Shown in pieces: positions 29,864-40,152 of a stretch of 64,000 nucleotides of DNA. The notes under the pieces are model-generated. The model searched no databases. It worked only from the letters and a program-made list of their open reading frames with translations, and was not told the origin of the DNA. The stretch is taken from the NCBI GenBank assembly GCA_965214095.1, contig OZ243938.1, positions 4,160,001-4,224,000 on the forward strand. Direction: 5' to 3'. The translations under genes and the position numbers were made by a program. The stretch comes from Candidatus Poribacteria bacterium. GTDB lineage: Bacteria; Poribacteria; WGA-4E; WGA-3G. Position 1 is the stretch's first letter. Each line of letters begins with the position of its first letter.

Positions 29864-30724
29864 GTGGTTGATTTAATGTTTTGTGTTAGATCTACCACGT
29901 TCTTTATGACTCTGCATATTACAAATAAGGGGAAAAAAATGCTTAAAGGTAATTACTGCATCTTTCGATTATATTTCGTTGTTTTAGTTATAATTGGATT
30001 TTGTATTCTTTCAGTTGAAGCGGATCTGTCAGATCCAACAATCTCTGTCTACTATAACTTTGATGGAGAAGGTGAAACTATAACAGACAGTTCAGTTAAT
30101 GGTAATCATGGAAAAATTGTAGGCGGTGAGACGAGAGAAGAAGGTGTATTTGGTATGGCTATTGCTTTGGAAACCAACACATGGATTGATATGAATGGTC
30201 CAGAATTTAAAAACGGTCCTGTTGATGGTTTCACACTTTCTGCTTGGATTAACCATACCGGTTCAAGTGACCCACAGACACTACTGGATGCAATTGGTAC
30301 AGACCATGCCAGCGGACTTTTCCACGTTGAAATCCGTCCTGCTGGTGTCAGATGGTTCCATAGGGATGGTACAAATACCGAGGTTTTCAATATCAACCCT
30401 GGTTCAGTAATTGAAGCGAATAGGTGGGTTCATTTTACTGGCACTTACGATAGTGAAAGTGGTGATATAAGATTATATGTTGATGGCGAGGAAACACACT
30501 CAGGGACAGGTACTGGTAAACTGTCCAATAACTGGGGTGTTACCGCAGGAATTGGTCATCATAAAGAAGGTCGCTGGTTTGAAGGGTTATTGGATGAATA
30601 TATCATCTTTAGTCGTGCATTGCCACAGGACGAAATTGTCGAGGTAATGAATGGTACCTTCACATCAGTTGAACCTGAAGATAAACTCACGACAACATGG
30701 GGTAGCATCAAATCTTTGAAATAG
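29864..30724 (+). CDS. Secreted LamG/concanavalin-like protein with KLTTTWGSIK tail
   Basis: YYNFD, TLSAWI, WVHFTGTYD, GLLDE; true start probably the later MLKGN. Confidence 0.88.
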   Translation: MVDLMFCVRSTTFFMTLHITNKGKKMLKGNYCIFRLYFVVLVIIGFCILSVEADLSDPTISVYYNFDGEGETITDSSVNGNHGKIVGGETREEGVFGMAIALETNTWIDMNGPEFKNGPVDGFTLSAWINHTGSSDPQTLLDAIGTDHASGLFHVEIRPAGVRWFHRDGTNTEVFNINPGSVIEANRWVHFTGTYDSESGDIRLYVDGEETHSGTGTGKLSNNWGVTAGIGHHKEGRWFEGLLDEYIIFSRALPQDEIVEVMNGTFTSVEPEDKLTTTWGSIKSLK

Positions 30725-30754
30725 GTAGGCGACTAACAAATCTAATTAATATAG

Positions 30755-30805
30755 TGCGCGATGAATATAACGGTATCAATCCGTTTTCATCGCGCATTGT
30801 TTTTT
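30755..30805. terminator. Intrinsic terminator between convergent LamG and TonB receptor genes
   Basis: TGCGCGATGAA/TTCATCGCGCA stem followed by a T-run. Confidence 0.7.
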
Positions 30806-30811
30806 ATACCA

Positions 30812-33800
30812 TTAGAATGTTTGTGTCAACCGAGCCATCGCTAACCGTCCAATTTCTGGTGTTCCGACAAATTGCTGATGGACATTATTTGTCAGATTTT
30901 GGACTGTTACCGAAAGACGCGGTTTTGGACCGAGTGGAATATCATAACCCGCACTCAGATCAACTGTGTAATACGATTCCACTTCCCCGACATATACACC
31001 TGACCGGACAGGGAAACCTTGTACAAAACGTGTACGTAGTCCTACACCCAAACCGAGATCAATGTTGGTGTATTGGATATTGGCACCAAACTTGTTTCTT
31101 GGTGCATTCAAAGCAATATCACCAATTCCATCTACGTTTTCAAAGAGGTCTTTACTGACATACGAGTAATTCCCACCGATACTCCAACTTGGTGTGAGGA
31201 ATAAGGTAATATTCAGGTCTAATCCATTGAGAGAAATATCGCCATAGTTCCTGTAGGTTAGCATCACAGCGTTTGGATCCACTGCTTGTTCAGGTGTTAC
31301 AGTACCATACGGAATTGAAGCGAAAGTTGTTATTATTTCATCCACAGGTGAACCGTTTTCGTTTCCACCATTCTCTTTCTTATCAAACTCCAGCAAGGCA
31401 GTATTCAGAGATGCATTCTGTGGATCAGCTAATGCTTCTGTGAGTTGCGCGCCTAAGGTTTCTTGATATGAAGCAGCATCAAGGAAAACATTGGGTGTTT
31501 CAACGAATAATGGTCCGATGAAGTTGTTGATCCTTGAGTGATACACATCAGCAGAAAAAGCCAATCTGTTGAGTAGAATTCCTTTATAGCCGACCTCATA
31601 AGTTTGGGTAATTGTTGGTTTGAGTGGGTCAACATTATTGACATCAGCAATATCTATAAACGTGCCTGTTGCAGGGTCAAGTGAACGCAACACATTTGTT
31701 AATCCAGCAGCTTGTTCTGGAACGATGCTGGCTAATCCTGATGTCAGGTCAGTCACCATAGTTTCTGCAAGTGCTGCCACAACTGTTGACGGAAGTGTTG
31801 CAAATAACTGTGCAACTAACTGTGGTACCTGTTCTGCTGGAATTGCTGTAATTGCACCAGGTTGTTGGAATGTAGCAGGTAGCAATTGCAACACTTCAGG
31901 AGGAAGGCTTGACACGAGTGCCTGTATCTCTTCTGGTGACTGTGCACCAATAATCGCAGGTAGTTCCTCTGGAGTGAATTTTGCTCTCAGACCACTTTCA
32001 AAATTACCTAGAATTGCCCCACGTCCAACACCCCACATGACGTTTGTAAAAAGTGGGTCGTCCAGGGGAATGTATGATCCTTCTTCAAGTTTTGCTAAGG
32101 GAGAAAATGGTGAACGAAATAGCGGTTGACCGCTCTCATTTCGCCTGAAAGTAAACCCACTATCCGAAGGTACACCTTGTGCTTTAATGTCAATATTTGG
32201 ACTGAATCCTAAAGCAGGTTCAAAGTTGGCACCTAACATAAATGCATCAGGTGCTGATAGAATATCAAGAAATAGGTTTGATGTTCCTGGTGTATTAAAG
32301 GCACGGTTATATGTCAACCTAATGTTATGATCATCGTTTGGTTGGAATGCAAGTGCTGCTCTTGGTGAAAGGACGACATCGTTAAGGTGGTTGTGTGTAT
32401 CTGCTCTACCAGCTGCAATCAGTTTAAGTTGTGGCAGGATTTTGGTTTCCGATTGAAGATAAACACCTATCTCATTAATGTTGTCGTTATCTTCGTTAAC
32501 ACCGTTAATTGTGCCATCTGTATCGGGACGAGTGAGTAGGACATCTAATCCATAGGTAAAACGTTGGATATCAGCGATGCCATAACTGTGCTGAATCTGA
32601 CCGACATATTGATTAGAATAATCAATGGTTGGTAGACCTGATCGTAGGATATAAGTTTCCCCCGCATCACTCATATTTACAAAGATCTGAGCGAAAAGAT
32701 CTTTATAGATAAAACGAGTTTGACCATAAGTATAAAGCCATCCTTTTGCTTGACCAGCACCGATTCCAGTCAACTCAATGCCTGACGCATCTGTTCCGCC
32801 GATGGAGAGAATCGCTGTCGTATCATCGTTGGGTTTATAGTCAATTCTACCTTCTAAACGAGTATAGGATGTATCAAACAAAGGTTCAAGTTTACCTTCA
32901 AGATCCTCTTTTGCTCGACCTTCTTCCCAATCATTTCCACGTGTATAATTGGTAGTCAACTTATATCCGATTATGTCATTGATAACACCCGCATGTCTGA
33001 GTGAACCTGTGAGGATTTGACGTTCTCCACCACCAATACTCACAGTTGTTCCCTGTGATGTGAAAGGAGATCGAGTTAGTATATGCATCACACCGTTGGC
33101 ACTGTTTGGTCCGTATAATGCTGCACCAGGTCCAGAAACGACTTCAATTTGTTCTATGTCCTCGTTTATCGTAGGTATCATTGTGTATGCATTGACACGT
33201 AGTGATGGCACACTTGCGATACGATTGTCTACAAGGGATAGTAGGTTACCAGAAAAAACATTGTTGAAACCTCGGACAACAACATACGAGGTTCCAATAC
33301 CTGAAGTGACAATATCCACAGCACGCAATGATTTCATGTGTTCAGTAACACTCATTGCAACACGGTCTTGTATCTGTGAATCATCTAAAAGAGCTACCGA
33401 TGCGGGAGCTTCAAGTACTTTCTCTTTACGGCGCGATGCTGACACGGATACCTTATCCAGTTCAATGACATCAGACGAAAGTGTAATATCCAGAGATTTT
33501 GTTACATCTTCAGTAATCTCTACATTTGTCATTATACTATCAGTATACCCGGATGCATTTGCAGTAATTGTGTAAACACCCGCTGTCAAATCTGACAACT
33601 CAATTGTACCACTATCATCAGTCATCCCTTTTGTTGAATCACCTGTTTGTGGTTTGACGGTAACAGATACATTCTTTACTTGATTGCCAGTTTGTGCATC
33701 AGTCACTGTGATATTCAACTTAGCGGCTTGTGTAGTTATTGTTGAAGCACATAAAATAACGCAGCAGACAAAAACCATTAAACTAACTATTCTCAATCGA

Positions 33801-33832
33801 TCCATTCGATTATCTCCTTCGTTGAGTAACAT
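30812..33832 (-). CDS. TonB-dependent receptor with N-terminal carboxypeptidase-regulatory-like domain
   Basis: VSVSASR plug start, IEVVSGPGAALYG..NGV, QNLTN, C-terminal Phe. Confidence 0.93.
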   Translation of the reverse strand: MLLNEGDNRMDRLRIVSLMVFVCCVILCASTITTQAAKLNITVTDAQTGNQVKNVSVTVKPQTGDSTKGMTDDSGTIELSDLTAGVYTITANASGYTDSIMTNVEITEDVTKSLDITLSSDVIELDKVSVSASRRKEKVLEAPASVALLDDSQIQDRVAMSVTEHMKSLRAVDIVTSGIGTSYVVVRGFNNVFSGNLLSLVDNRIASVPSLRVNAYTMIPTINEDIEQIEVVSGPGAALYGPNSANGVMHILTRSPFTSQGTTVSIGGGERQILTGSLRHAGVINDIIGYKLTTNYTRGNDWEEGRAKEDLEGKLEPLFDTSYTRLEGRIDYKPNDDTTAILSIGGTDASGIELTGIGAGQAKGWLYTYGQTRFIYKDLFAQIFVNMSDAGETYILRSGLPTIDYSNQYVGQIQHSYGIADIQRFTYGLDVLLTRPDTDGTINGVNEDNDNINEIGVYLQSETKILPQLKLIAAGRADTHNHLNDVVLSPRAALAFQPNDDHNIRLTYNRAFNTPGTSNLFLDILSAPDAFMLGANFEPALGFSPNIDIKAQGVPSDSGFTFRRNESGQPLFRSPFSPLAKLEEGSYIPLDDPLFTNVMWGVGRGAILGNFESGLRAKFTPEELPAIIGAQSPEEIQALVSSLPPEVLQLLPATFQQPGAITAIPAEQVPQLVAQLFATLPSTVVAALAETMVTDLTSGLASIVPEQAAGLTNVLRSLDPATGTFIDIADVNNVDPLKPTITQTYEVGYKGILLNRLAFSADVYHSRINNFIGPLFVETPNVFLDAASYQETLGAQLTEALADPQNASLNTALLEFDKKENGGNENGSPVDEIITTFASIPYGTVTPEQAVDPNAVMLTYRNYGDISLNGLDLNITLFLTPSWSIGGNYSYVSKDLFENVDGIGDIALNAPRNKFGANIQYTNIDLGLGVGLRTRFVQGFPVRSGVYVGEVESYYTVDLSAGYDIPLGPKPRLSVTVQNLTNNVHQQFVGTPEIGRLAMARLTQTF

Positions 33833-34004
33833 TGGTGGTTGCTATCTGATTAGCAATAAGACCTTAGCCAATATTGAGTTAACAAAGTAACATAAATTAT
33901 CTATAGGAATTGATATTTACAACAATTCAATTGTAATGCAATAGTATTGCAAATCTGAATAGAAAAAGCAAATTTATTTCAAAGAACATATACAAAGTTT
34001 CAAT

Positions 34005-34142
34005 TATAGTGAAATGCAAAAATATGTACACACTCTCCGGTAGATGCGGTTTCCTAATTGCATCTATGTGACTGAATAAACATAGATTCGGTTAGGAAAC
34101 CGAACCTACCGTAGTGTGTAAATAATTATGGTTTTTACTACA
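34005..34142. mobile_element. MITE with inverted REP doublet (copy 2)
   Basis: Co-linear with 18700-18836 from TATAGTGAAAT to TTTTACTACA. Confidence 0.82.
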
Positions 34143-34167
34143 AACGAAATTCTTTAAAATACAACAA

Positions 34168-35118
34168 TCATAGAAATTGTGCAATTTCCGCATGGGTTGG
34201 CAATGCAGGTATAACACCTACTTTCTGAGTTGCAAGTGCCCCTGCAGCATTCGCATACCGCATGATGTCATCAAGTTCATCATTTGTCAATGAGGATAAT
34301 TCGGTATGTTTGATCAGTTGTGATAGCATCGCAGCAACAAAAGCGTCACCTGCCCCAAGTGTATCCACGACTTCAACGGCATATCCATCTACATATCCAT
34401 CTACATTGCCATTTGTGTAATAGCAACCGCGTTCCCCTAAAGTGACAACAAGCAACTTCACGCCGAGTCCAAGTATCTGTTCAATACCAGCTGCCAATTC
34501 AGTATCACCTGTTATAAATTCCCATTCTTCCTCAGAAATCTTTACGACATCAGCATGCGGCATTACTTCCCAAATCCAATGTTTTGCATCGTTTGCATTA
34601 TCCCAAAGCATCAATCGCAAATTTGGATCATAGGAGATAAACGTATCGGTATCCTTTGCAGTCTGAATTGCCTTGAGTGTTGCCTCGCGCGTCGGGGAGT
34701 GGCTAAGACTGACAGACCCATAATGGAACAGGTCTGCGGATTTGATGTAATCTGTATCTATCTCATCTGGTGAGAGTTGTATATCTGCACCTGGATGACG
34801 ATAGAATGTAATATCTTTCATACCATCCGAACGTGTTGCGACGAATGCTAATGTTGTTCGGGAAGTCTCTCCTGCAATGAGATATTTAGTATCAACACTG
34901 TTCTGCTGGAGAGTTTCAGATAGGAAATCGCCAAATGGGTCAGCACCGACTTTTCCGATGAAACCTGCATCTATATCAAGTTTTGCCAAACCCACTGCAA
35001 CATTTGCTGGTGCACCCCCTGGTGCTTTGACAAATCCTGGTGCTTCAGCAAGGGTTACATCAGGCGTTGTGGATACGAAATCGATGAGAAGTTCACCGAT
35101 ACATAATGCTTTCGGCAT
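34168..35118 (-). CDS. PfkB-family carbohydrate kinase (fructokinase-like)
   Basis: PGGAPANVA, YDPNLR, DTLGAGDAF. Confidence 0.93.
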   Translation of the reverse strand: MPKALCIGELLIDFVSTTPDVTLAEAPGFVKAPGGAPANVAVGLAKLDIDAGFIGKVGADPFGDFLSETLQQNSVDTKYLIAGETSRTTLAFVATRSDGMKDITFYRHPGADIQLSPDEIDTDYIKSADLFHYGSVSLSHSPTREATLKAIQTAKDTDTFISYDPNLRLMLWDNANDAKHWIWEVMPHADVVKISEEEWEFITGDTELAAGIEQILGLGVKLLVVTLGERGCYYTNGNVDGYVDGYAVEVVDTLGAGDAFVAAMLSQLIKHTELSSLTNDELDDIMRYANAAGALATQKVGVIPALPTHAEIAQFL

Positions 35119-35172
35119 AAAGATTATTCCTCTAAAATGTTAACATAAGGATTGTGCGAATTGAGAGTCTGA

Positions 35173-37104
35173 TTACTTGTCCGACATTCTATCTTTTCGT
35201 AACTTGCCTCTGGGTACATCCCACAAAAGTACTGTGCCATCTGTACTGCAACTAGCAATCGTGTGACCATCGGGACTAAAGACGACTTGATTGACGATTG
35301 AACCATGTCCTATGAAATTCACTATTGGATCTCTGTCAGACACATCCCATACAGTCACTGTTCCGTCTTTATTAGCACTTGCGATTGTCCGACCATCTGG
35401 ACTGAAACTGACATTTTCAACCCACCCACCTGTTGCCCCTTTGAGTGTTTTCGTGATTCCAAACATTCCAACAGGATGTAGGTGTACCTCATTGTGACCA
35501 CCGGTCACTATTGTTCTACCATTTGGTGCAAAACTCACACCAGATCCCAGATTATGTCCAATGATTCTTGAACGTCTTCCAGTGACAGCATTCCATAATT
35601 TTAACTTGTTCGTATCAGTTACGATTTTTCGTCCATTTGGGGAAAAACTAAGGCTGCCAACAAACTTGTCATTCTGTAGTGTTTTTAGGTGTTCACCAGT
35701 GTTAGCATCCCACAAGAACACATTAGTGTCAAGACCACCGCTTGCGATTATTCGACCATCAGGGGAAAAACGCACACTTAAAACTATGTTCTCATGTCCT
35801 TTGAGAGTTCTTCTAAGTCTTCCAGTTTCTACATCCCACAAACGCACCGTTTTATCCGAACTACCAGTCGCAAGTATTTTGCTATCTGGAGAAAAATGGA
35901 CGCTTTCGACTCTGGAGACATGTCGATCAAAGGTGGTGCTCAGACTTCCAGTAGTTGCATCCCATATCCGTATCATTCGATCGTCGCTACCGGTTGCGAT
36001 TTTTAGACCATCTGGCGAAAAATGGACGCTATGAACTCTGCCGGTATACCCTTTTAATGTCTTACGAAGTTCCCCCGTTTCAATATCCCAAAAATGAATC
36101 TCGTTTTCGCTTGCACTTGCAAGGGTTTTCCCATCCGGTGAAAAACGAATGTTCTTAACATTCCCATTTGGTGGTTCAAGAGAGTTTATGAGTTCCCCCG
36201 TTTCAATATCCCAAAAACGCACCTCACGATAGTTAGCACTTGCTAAGGTTTTTCCATCTGGCGAGAAACTTACGCTTTCGATCCCAGCAGAAGAGGAATG
36301 CGCATTTAACGTTTTGATTTGTTTGCCTGTTGTAACATTCCAAAAACGCACACTATTATCTTTACAAGCACTCACGAGAGTCTTCCCATCTGGAGAAAAA
36401 CTGATGCTCGTTACTTCACCTTTATGTTCCTTAATCGTATGTAGGGTTGTGCCAGTAAGAACATCCCATAAATACAACGTGGTGCTTCCTGTATAGTTTT
36501 CGCTTTCGGTTCCAGTGGCTAGTATGCGACCATCTGGCGAAAATCTGATACAAGTATAAGGCTTGGTGTGTCTCTTTGATCCTTTGAGATGTTCTCCTGT
36601 TGCGGTATTCCACAAATTCAGGTGTCCATCATAACCACCAGTAGCGAGTATTGTTCCGTCCGGGGAGAAACTCATAGCAGTAACCATTAATGAATGTCCA
36701 TCCAAGGTGTGTAAGAGTTCTCCAGTAGTAGTGTTCCATAAATGTATAGAACCATTATAATTACCTGATGCGACTCTGGTGCCATCCTGCGAAATGCTTC
36801 CACTATAAACAAAATCGGTATGTTTCGTAAACAGTGACAGTTCTTGAAGAGTCTCGGCATCATATAGCCAGACACCGATAGAAGAAAAAATAGCGAGGCG
36901 AGTTCCATCTCCCGAATATTCAATTCCTTGTATTCCGCCTTTACCGAGGCGTGCTTTGGCTCCCCCAGGCAAACTGAACTGGGTTGCCGGTGAATAATTG
37001 GTTTCTAACGGTTTTGGAAGACGCGGGTTCTGTTGACAGGCAGAAATACCTACAAGAATCAGGAATCCAAAAAATATAACGATTTTCTTTGTATGGGTGA
37101 ACAT
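35173..37104 (-). CDS. WD40-repeat lipoprotein
   Basis: Many FSPDG...LWD repeats; lipobox GISAC; LPGGAKARLGKG; start MFTHTK at 37104. Confidence 0.92.
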   Translation of the reverse strand: MFTHTKKIVIFFGFLILVGISACQQNPRLPKPLETNYSPATQFSLPGGAKARLGKGGIQGIEYSGDGTRLAIFSSIGVWLYDAETLQELSLFTKHTDFVYSGSISQDGTRVASGNYNGSIHLWNTTTGELLHTLDGHSLMVTAMSFSPDGTILATGGYDGHLNLWNTATGEHLKGSKRHTKPYTCIRFSPDGRILATGTESENYTGSTTLYLWDVLTGTTLHTIKEHKGEVTSISFSPDGKTLVSACKDNSVRFWNVTTGKQIKTLNAHSSSAGIESVSFSPDGKTLASANYREVRFWDIETGELINSLEPPNGNVKNIRFSPDGKTLASASENEIHFWDIETGELRKTLKGYTGRVHSVHFSPDGLKIATGSDDRMIRIWDATTGSLSTTFDRHVSRVESVHFSPDSKILATGSSDKTVRLWDVETGRLRRTLKGHENIVLSVRFSPDGRIIASGGLDTNVFLWDANTGEHLKTLQNDKFVGSLSFSPNGRKIVTDTNKLKLWNAVTGRRSRIIGHNLGSGVSFAPNGRTIVTGGHNEVHLHPVGMFGITKTLKGATGGWVENVSFSPDGRTIASANKDGTVTVWDVSDRDPIVNFIGHGSIVNQVVFSPDGHTIASCSTDGTVLLWDVPRGKLRKDRMSDK

Positions 37105-37132
37105 AGTATTCCTTTTATGCCAATGGACAATT

Positions 37133-38215
37133 TCAAAATGTAGTACGTAACGTTTGAGCGTGACCTGTTTGTGCAGATCGGTATCCTGCATCAAATATCT
37201 CAATAACATGCCGTGCGTGTTCAGCAGTCACGATGGATGGTTTGTCATCGCGAATCCAATCAACAAGTTGCATGATGTCTTCAAAAACATGTGCTTCCTG
37301 TATACTTCTATGTGGACCAATTACGTGTGGCAATTCCCTTTTTGGTGCATCAATCGGATTTCCGTTGATTGTGCTTCCCTCAATGGAACCAGTAGTGCCA
37401 TTTATTGCCAATCCACCTCGGATAGCGTGTCCTGCTGCTGCGCCATATATGAAACCGAAGAACGCTTCACCGAAATCAAGCAATATAAAGGTGTTATCGT
37501 CCATGTCGCACGGTAGCATTTCACCGCGGAATTCACGTTCCTTCACGCGCACCCCAGAGAAAGCAGTTACCCTTTTGACAGGACCGAGGATACCTGTCAT
37601 CGTATGTAATCCGTAAACGGTCATATCGTATAGAGGGCCACCACCCGGTTTTCGGAAATACCATGCAGGATTGATATTAGAAAGGACATCATCCCCTTGT
37701 CGGACAGATTCGCTTTCGTGGTATCTACCGAAGGATGAACCTGTTGCTGCCCATGTTAACGTACCGATTGCCCCATCTTCAATTAGTCTTTTTATCTCTT
37801 GATGAATAGGTCGTAGCATCTGACCTGGTGATGCGACTAATTTGACTCCCTTTCGTGCGGCAGATTCAATCAAATCATCTGCTTCATCAACAGTGGTTGT
37901 CATTGTTTTATTGAAATGTGCATGTAGACCGTGTTCTATGGCGAGTTTTCCTTGCTCATAATGAAGTCCAATAGGTGATGCAATAGAGACTGCGTCTATA
38001 TGTCCATCTGCTAATAGTTCTTCAAAAGTTTGGTATGCATGCGGCACATTGAATTTTTCGGCTGCAGCTTGTGCTCTACCGGGAATAGGATCGCAGACAG
38101 CGGTGACCTTTAGTCTGTCTTGCACATCGTCCTGTGTGAGATGCGGGAGGATTCCCCTCACGGATATACTGCCTACACCAATTACACCGATACGTACTAT
38201 GTTGTTAGTTGCCAA
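37133..38215 (-). CDS. Gfo/Idh/MocA oxidoreductase
   Basis: IGVIGVG, GGGPLYDMTVY; likely TTG start at 38215. Confidence 0.88.
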   Translation of the reverse strand: MATNNIVRIGVIGVGSISVRGILPHLTQDDVQDRLKVTAVCDPIPGRAQAAAEKFNVPHAYQTFEELLADGHIDAVSIASPIGLHYEQGKLAIEHGLHAHFNKTMTTTVDEADDLIESAARKGVKLVASPGQMLRPIHQEIKRLIEDGAIGTLTWAATGSSFGRYHESESVRQGDDVLSNINPAWYFRKPGGGPLYDMTVYGLHTMTGILGPVKRVTAFSGVRVKEREFRGEMLPCDMDDNTFILLDFGEAFFGFIYGAAAGHAIRGGLAINGTTGSIEGSTINGNPIDAPKRELPHVIGPHRSIQEAHVFEDIMQLVDWIRDDKPSIVTAEHARHVIEIFDAGYRSAQTGHAQTLRTTF

Positions 38216-39101
38216 GATATTTCCTCCACGAAGTTTCATGTTGCCACCCAACAGTGTTTTTGAGTTTATCGCAATTGAAAAACGATTGATATCCTTCTAA
38301 CGATTTGACTTTTGGGAGGAATTCAGGTTTAAATCGTTCAACGAGTTCAAGTGATGGTTCTAAAGCAACTGTATCATCTGCATTTAATAGATAAACATCG
38401 TGGGGTGGTAGTGTGTCTGCTTTTTCCATTATCATACGATGTGCACTTGCTACATCTTCACTTCCAACCCAACACCAGAGCCATGGTGTCCATCCGCTTG
38501 TTGGTTTGGCATTTTCTGCAATCTGCTTTCTTCGTTCTTCTGGCGTGATTCCTGCAGGACGGGTCATATAGGTTCGGATACCGTAGGCACGTGTATAACT
38601 GGCAAGTAAATCTTCACCACAACGTTTGGAGAAGCTGTAAGAATCCTCGGGATAGCAAGGGTGTTCTTCATCAAGGGGAAGGTAGTCTATTGGAATGTGT
38701 GTTTTGCTGATACGGAAACCGTGTCCAAATGCGCAGTTGCTACCGGACATGACGATAGTCTTCACATCTGCTTCAATTGCGGCTTGTAGTAGATAATATG
38801 TTCCGAGCATGTTGGTTTTGAATGTTGCATCAAATTGAACACCTTGCTCCTCAGCACGTGGTCGTAAATCGGGGTGGTCAACAGGGTTTGGTTGTGCACC
38901 GAGGTGTTGAATTGCATCTACACCTTCAACGGCACGTTGACAGTCTTCAAAGTTGTTTAAGTCACCTTGAATAAAGGGGATGTTTGCGAATTCATCGGGA
39001 GGTTGTCTGCGTGACATGAGGACGAGTGTGTGTCGCTCTGCTAAATCTCGAATAACATAGGGACCGAGGCGACCACTTGCACCAGTGATTAGAACTTTCA
39101 T
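38205..39101 (-). CDS. NAD-dependent epimerase/dehydratase
   Basis: ITGASGRLG, YSFSK. Confidence 0.9.
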   Translation of the reverse strand: MKVLITGASGRLGPYVIRDLAERHTLVLMSRRQPPDEFANIPFIQGDLNNFEDCQRAVEGVDAIQHLGAQPNPVDHPDLRPRAEEQGVQFDATFKTNMLGTYYLLQAAIEADVKTIVMSGSNCAFGHGFRISKTHIPIDYLPLDEEHPCYPEDSYSFSKRCGEDLLASYTRAYGIRTYMTRPAGITPEERRKQIAENAKPTSGWTPWLWCWVGSEDVASAHRMIMEKADTLPPHDVYLLNADDTVALEPSLELVERFKPEFLPKVKSLEGYQSFFNCDKLKNTVGWQHETSWRKYLGN

Positions 39102-39170
39102 ATAATACCTTTCTTGTCTGACGAAAAATATCGGAGTCAGATTAGGGATTAGTGTGTAGATTTGAATGGT

Positions 39171-39198
39171 ATTATAGCAGTGGTAAATTTTTTGTCAA
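39171..39198 (-). promoter_or_regulatory. sigma70 promoter of the epimerase/oxidoreductase operon
   Basis: Minus strand TTGACA-16-TATAAT with extended TG. Confidence 0.65.
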
Positions 39199-39228
39199 GT
39201 GAATGGAATTTATGCATTTATTCAAAGA

Positions 39229-39882
39229 TTATACTGAACGTTCAATTGACCAATGCCTATCAGTGCTTTGGACTACTGTTGCACCCGGCATGTCCATCCT
39301 GGATAGCATCTGATTGACTTCGGCAATGGTGAATGCTGCGAGGAAGGAATCGTAATAGAGTTTCTGCTGGTAGGGGGTGTCATCAGCGGCATAACGATCA
39401 ACGAATGCTTGGGCATCTGCTGGCGTTTCGGGGCGAATGAGATCGCGAATTAACACGACACCATTGGGTTTTACAACTCTACCCATTTCTTGTAGTGCTT
39501 TCTCAGCATCATGAATGTGATGTACGATGCTATTGGAGATGAGTCCGTCAAATCCGTTGTCTGGGTAGGGCAAGACTTTTGCATCAATTATTTCAAGTGT
39601 AATGCGATCCGTTAGATTGGCATCTTCAACGTGTCGTTTTGCAATTTTCAACATCTCTTTTGATAGATCAATTGCAGTGATTTGTATTTTTGGACATTTT
39701 TGTGCAAGTAGGATAGGGATTTGTGCTGGACCTGTGCCGACATCAAGGTAGTGTCCTGCATCTGCCCCGAGTTCAATAACCCGATTGACGAATGCTTCGT
39801 CTACTTCACCGTGCTCCATTGCATCGTATTCTGCTGCGGCTTCCACTGTGTCCATTACTTCTTGTTCAACTATTCGTTTCAT
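39229..39882 (-). CDS. Class I SAM-dependent methyltransferase
   Basis: LDVGTG, SNSIVHH, RDLIRP. Confidence 0.88.
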   Translation of the reverse strand: MKRIVEQEVMDTVEAAAEYDAMEHGEVDEAFVNRVIELGADAGHYLDVGTGPAQIPILLAQKCPKIQITAIDLSKEMLKIAKRHVEDANLTDRITLEIIDAKVLPYPDNGFDGLISNSIVHHIHDAEKALQEMGRVVKPNGVVLIRDLIRPETPADAQAFVDRYAADDTPYQQKLYYDSFLAAFTIAEVNQMLSRMDMPGATVVQSTDRHWSIERSV

Positions 39883-40152
39883 GTTCTATCTTTCTAATGA
39901 GTTCAGTTACAGTGACAGCGTTTTGCTGAATCTGGTCTGGTTGAAATCGGGTATACATCCCGATGGCCATTGCATCATTCGGTTTGATATTCTCAAGCGC
40001 GAATCTAAATGCCTCGTTTGGTTCGTTTCTACCTGCTGCCAATACCTTTATGGCGATTATTGGCGTTGGTATGGCTTGTATTGTTGAGATTGCAATATCG
40101 CGGTCAGCGGATAGATACATTTCTCTGTGTTTGGTATGATTATATAACGCAC
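39866..40152 (-). pseudogene. 3' fragment of the IS-disrupted aldo/keto-reductase-like gene
   Basis: Continues in frame from the 5' part (..LYNHT|KHREMYLS..IKVLAAGR). Confidence 0.85.

Noticed and set aside
33833-34004. Riboswitch upstream of the TonB receptor
   Set aside because: No cobalamin or TPP consensus recognisable by eye; an Rfam scan would be needed to exclude one
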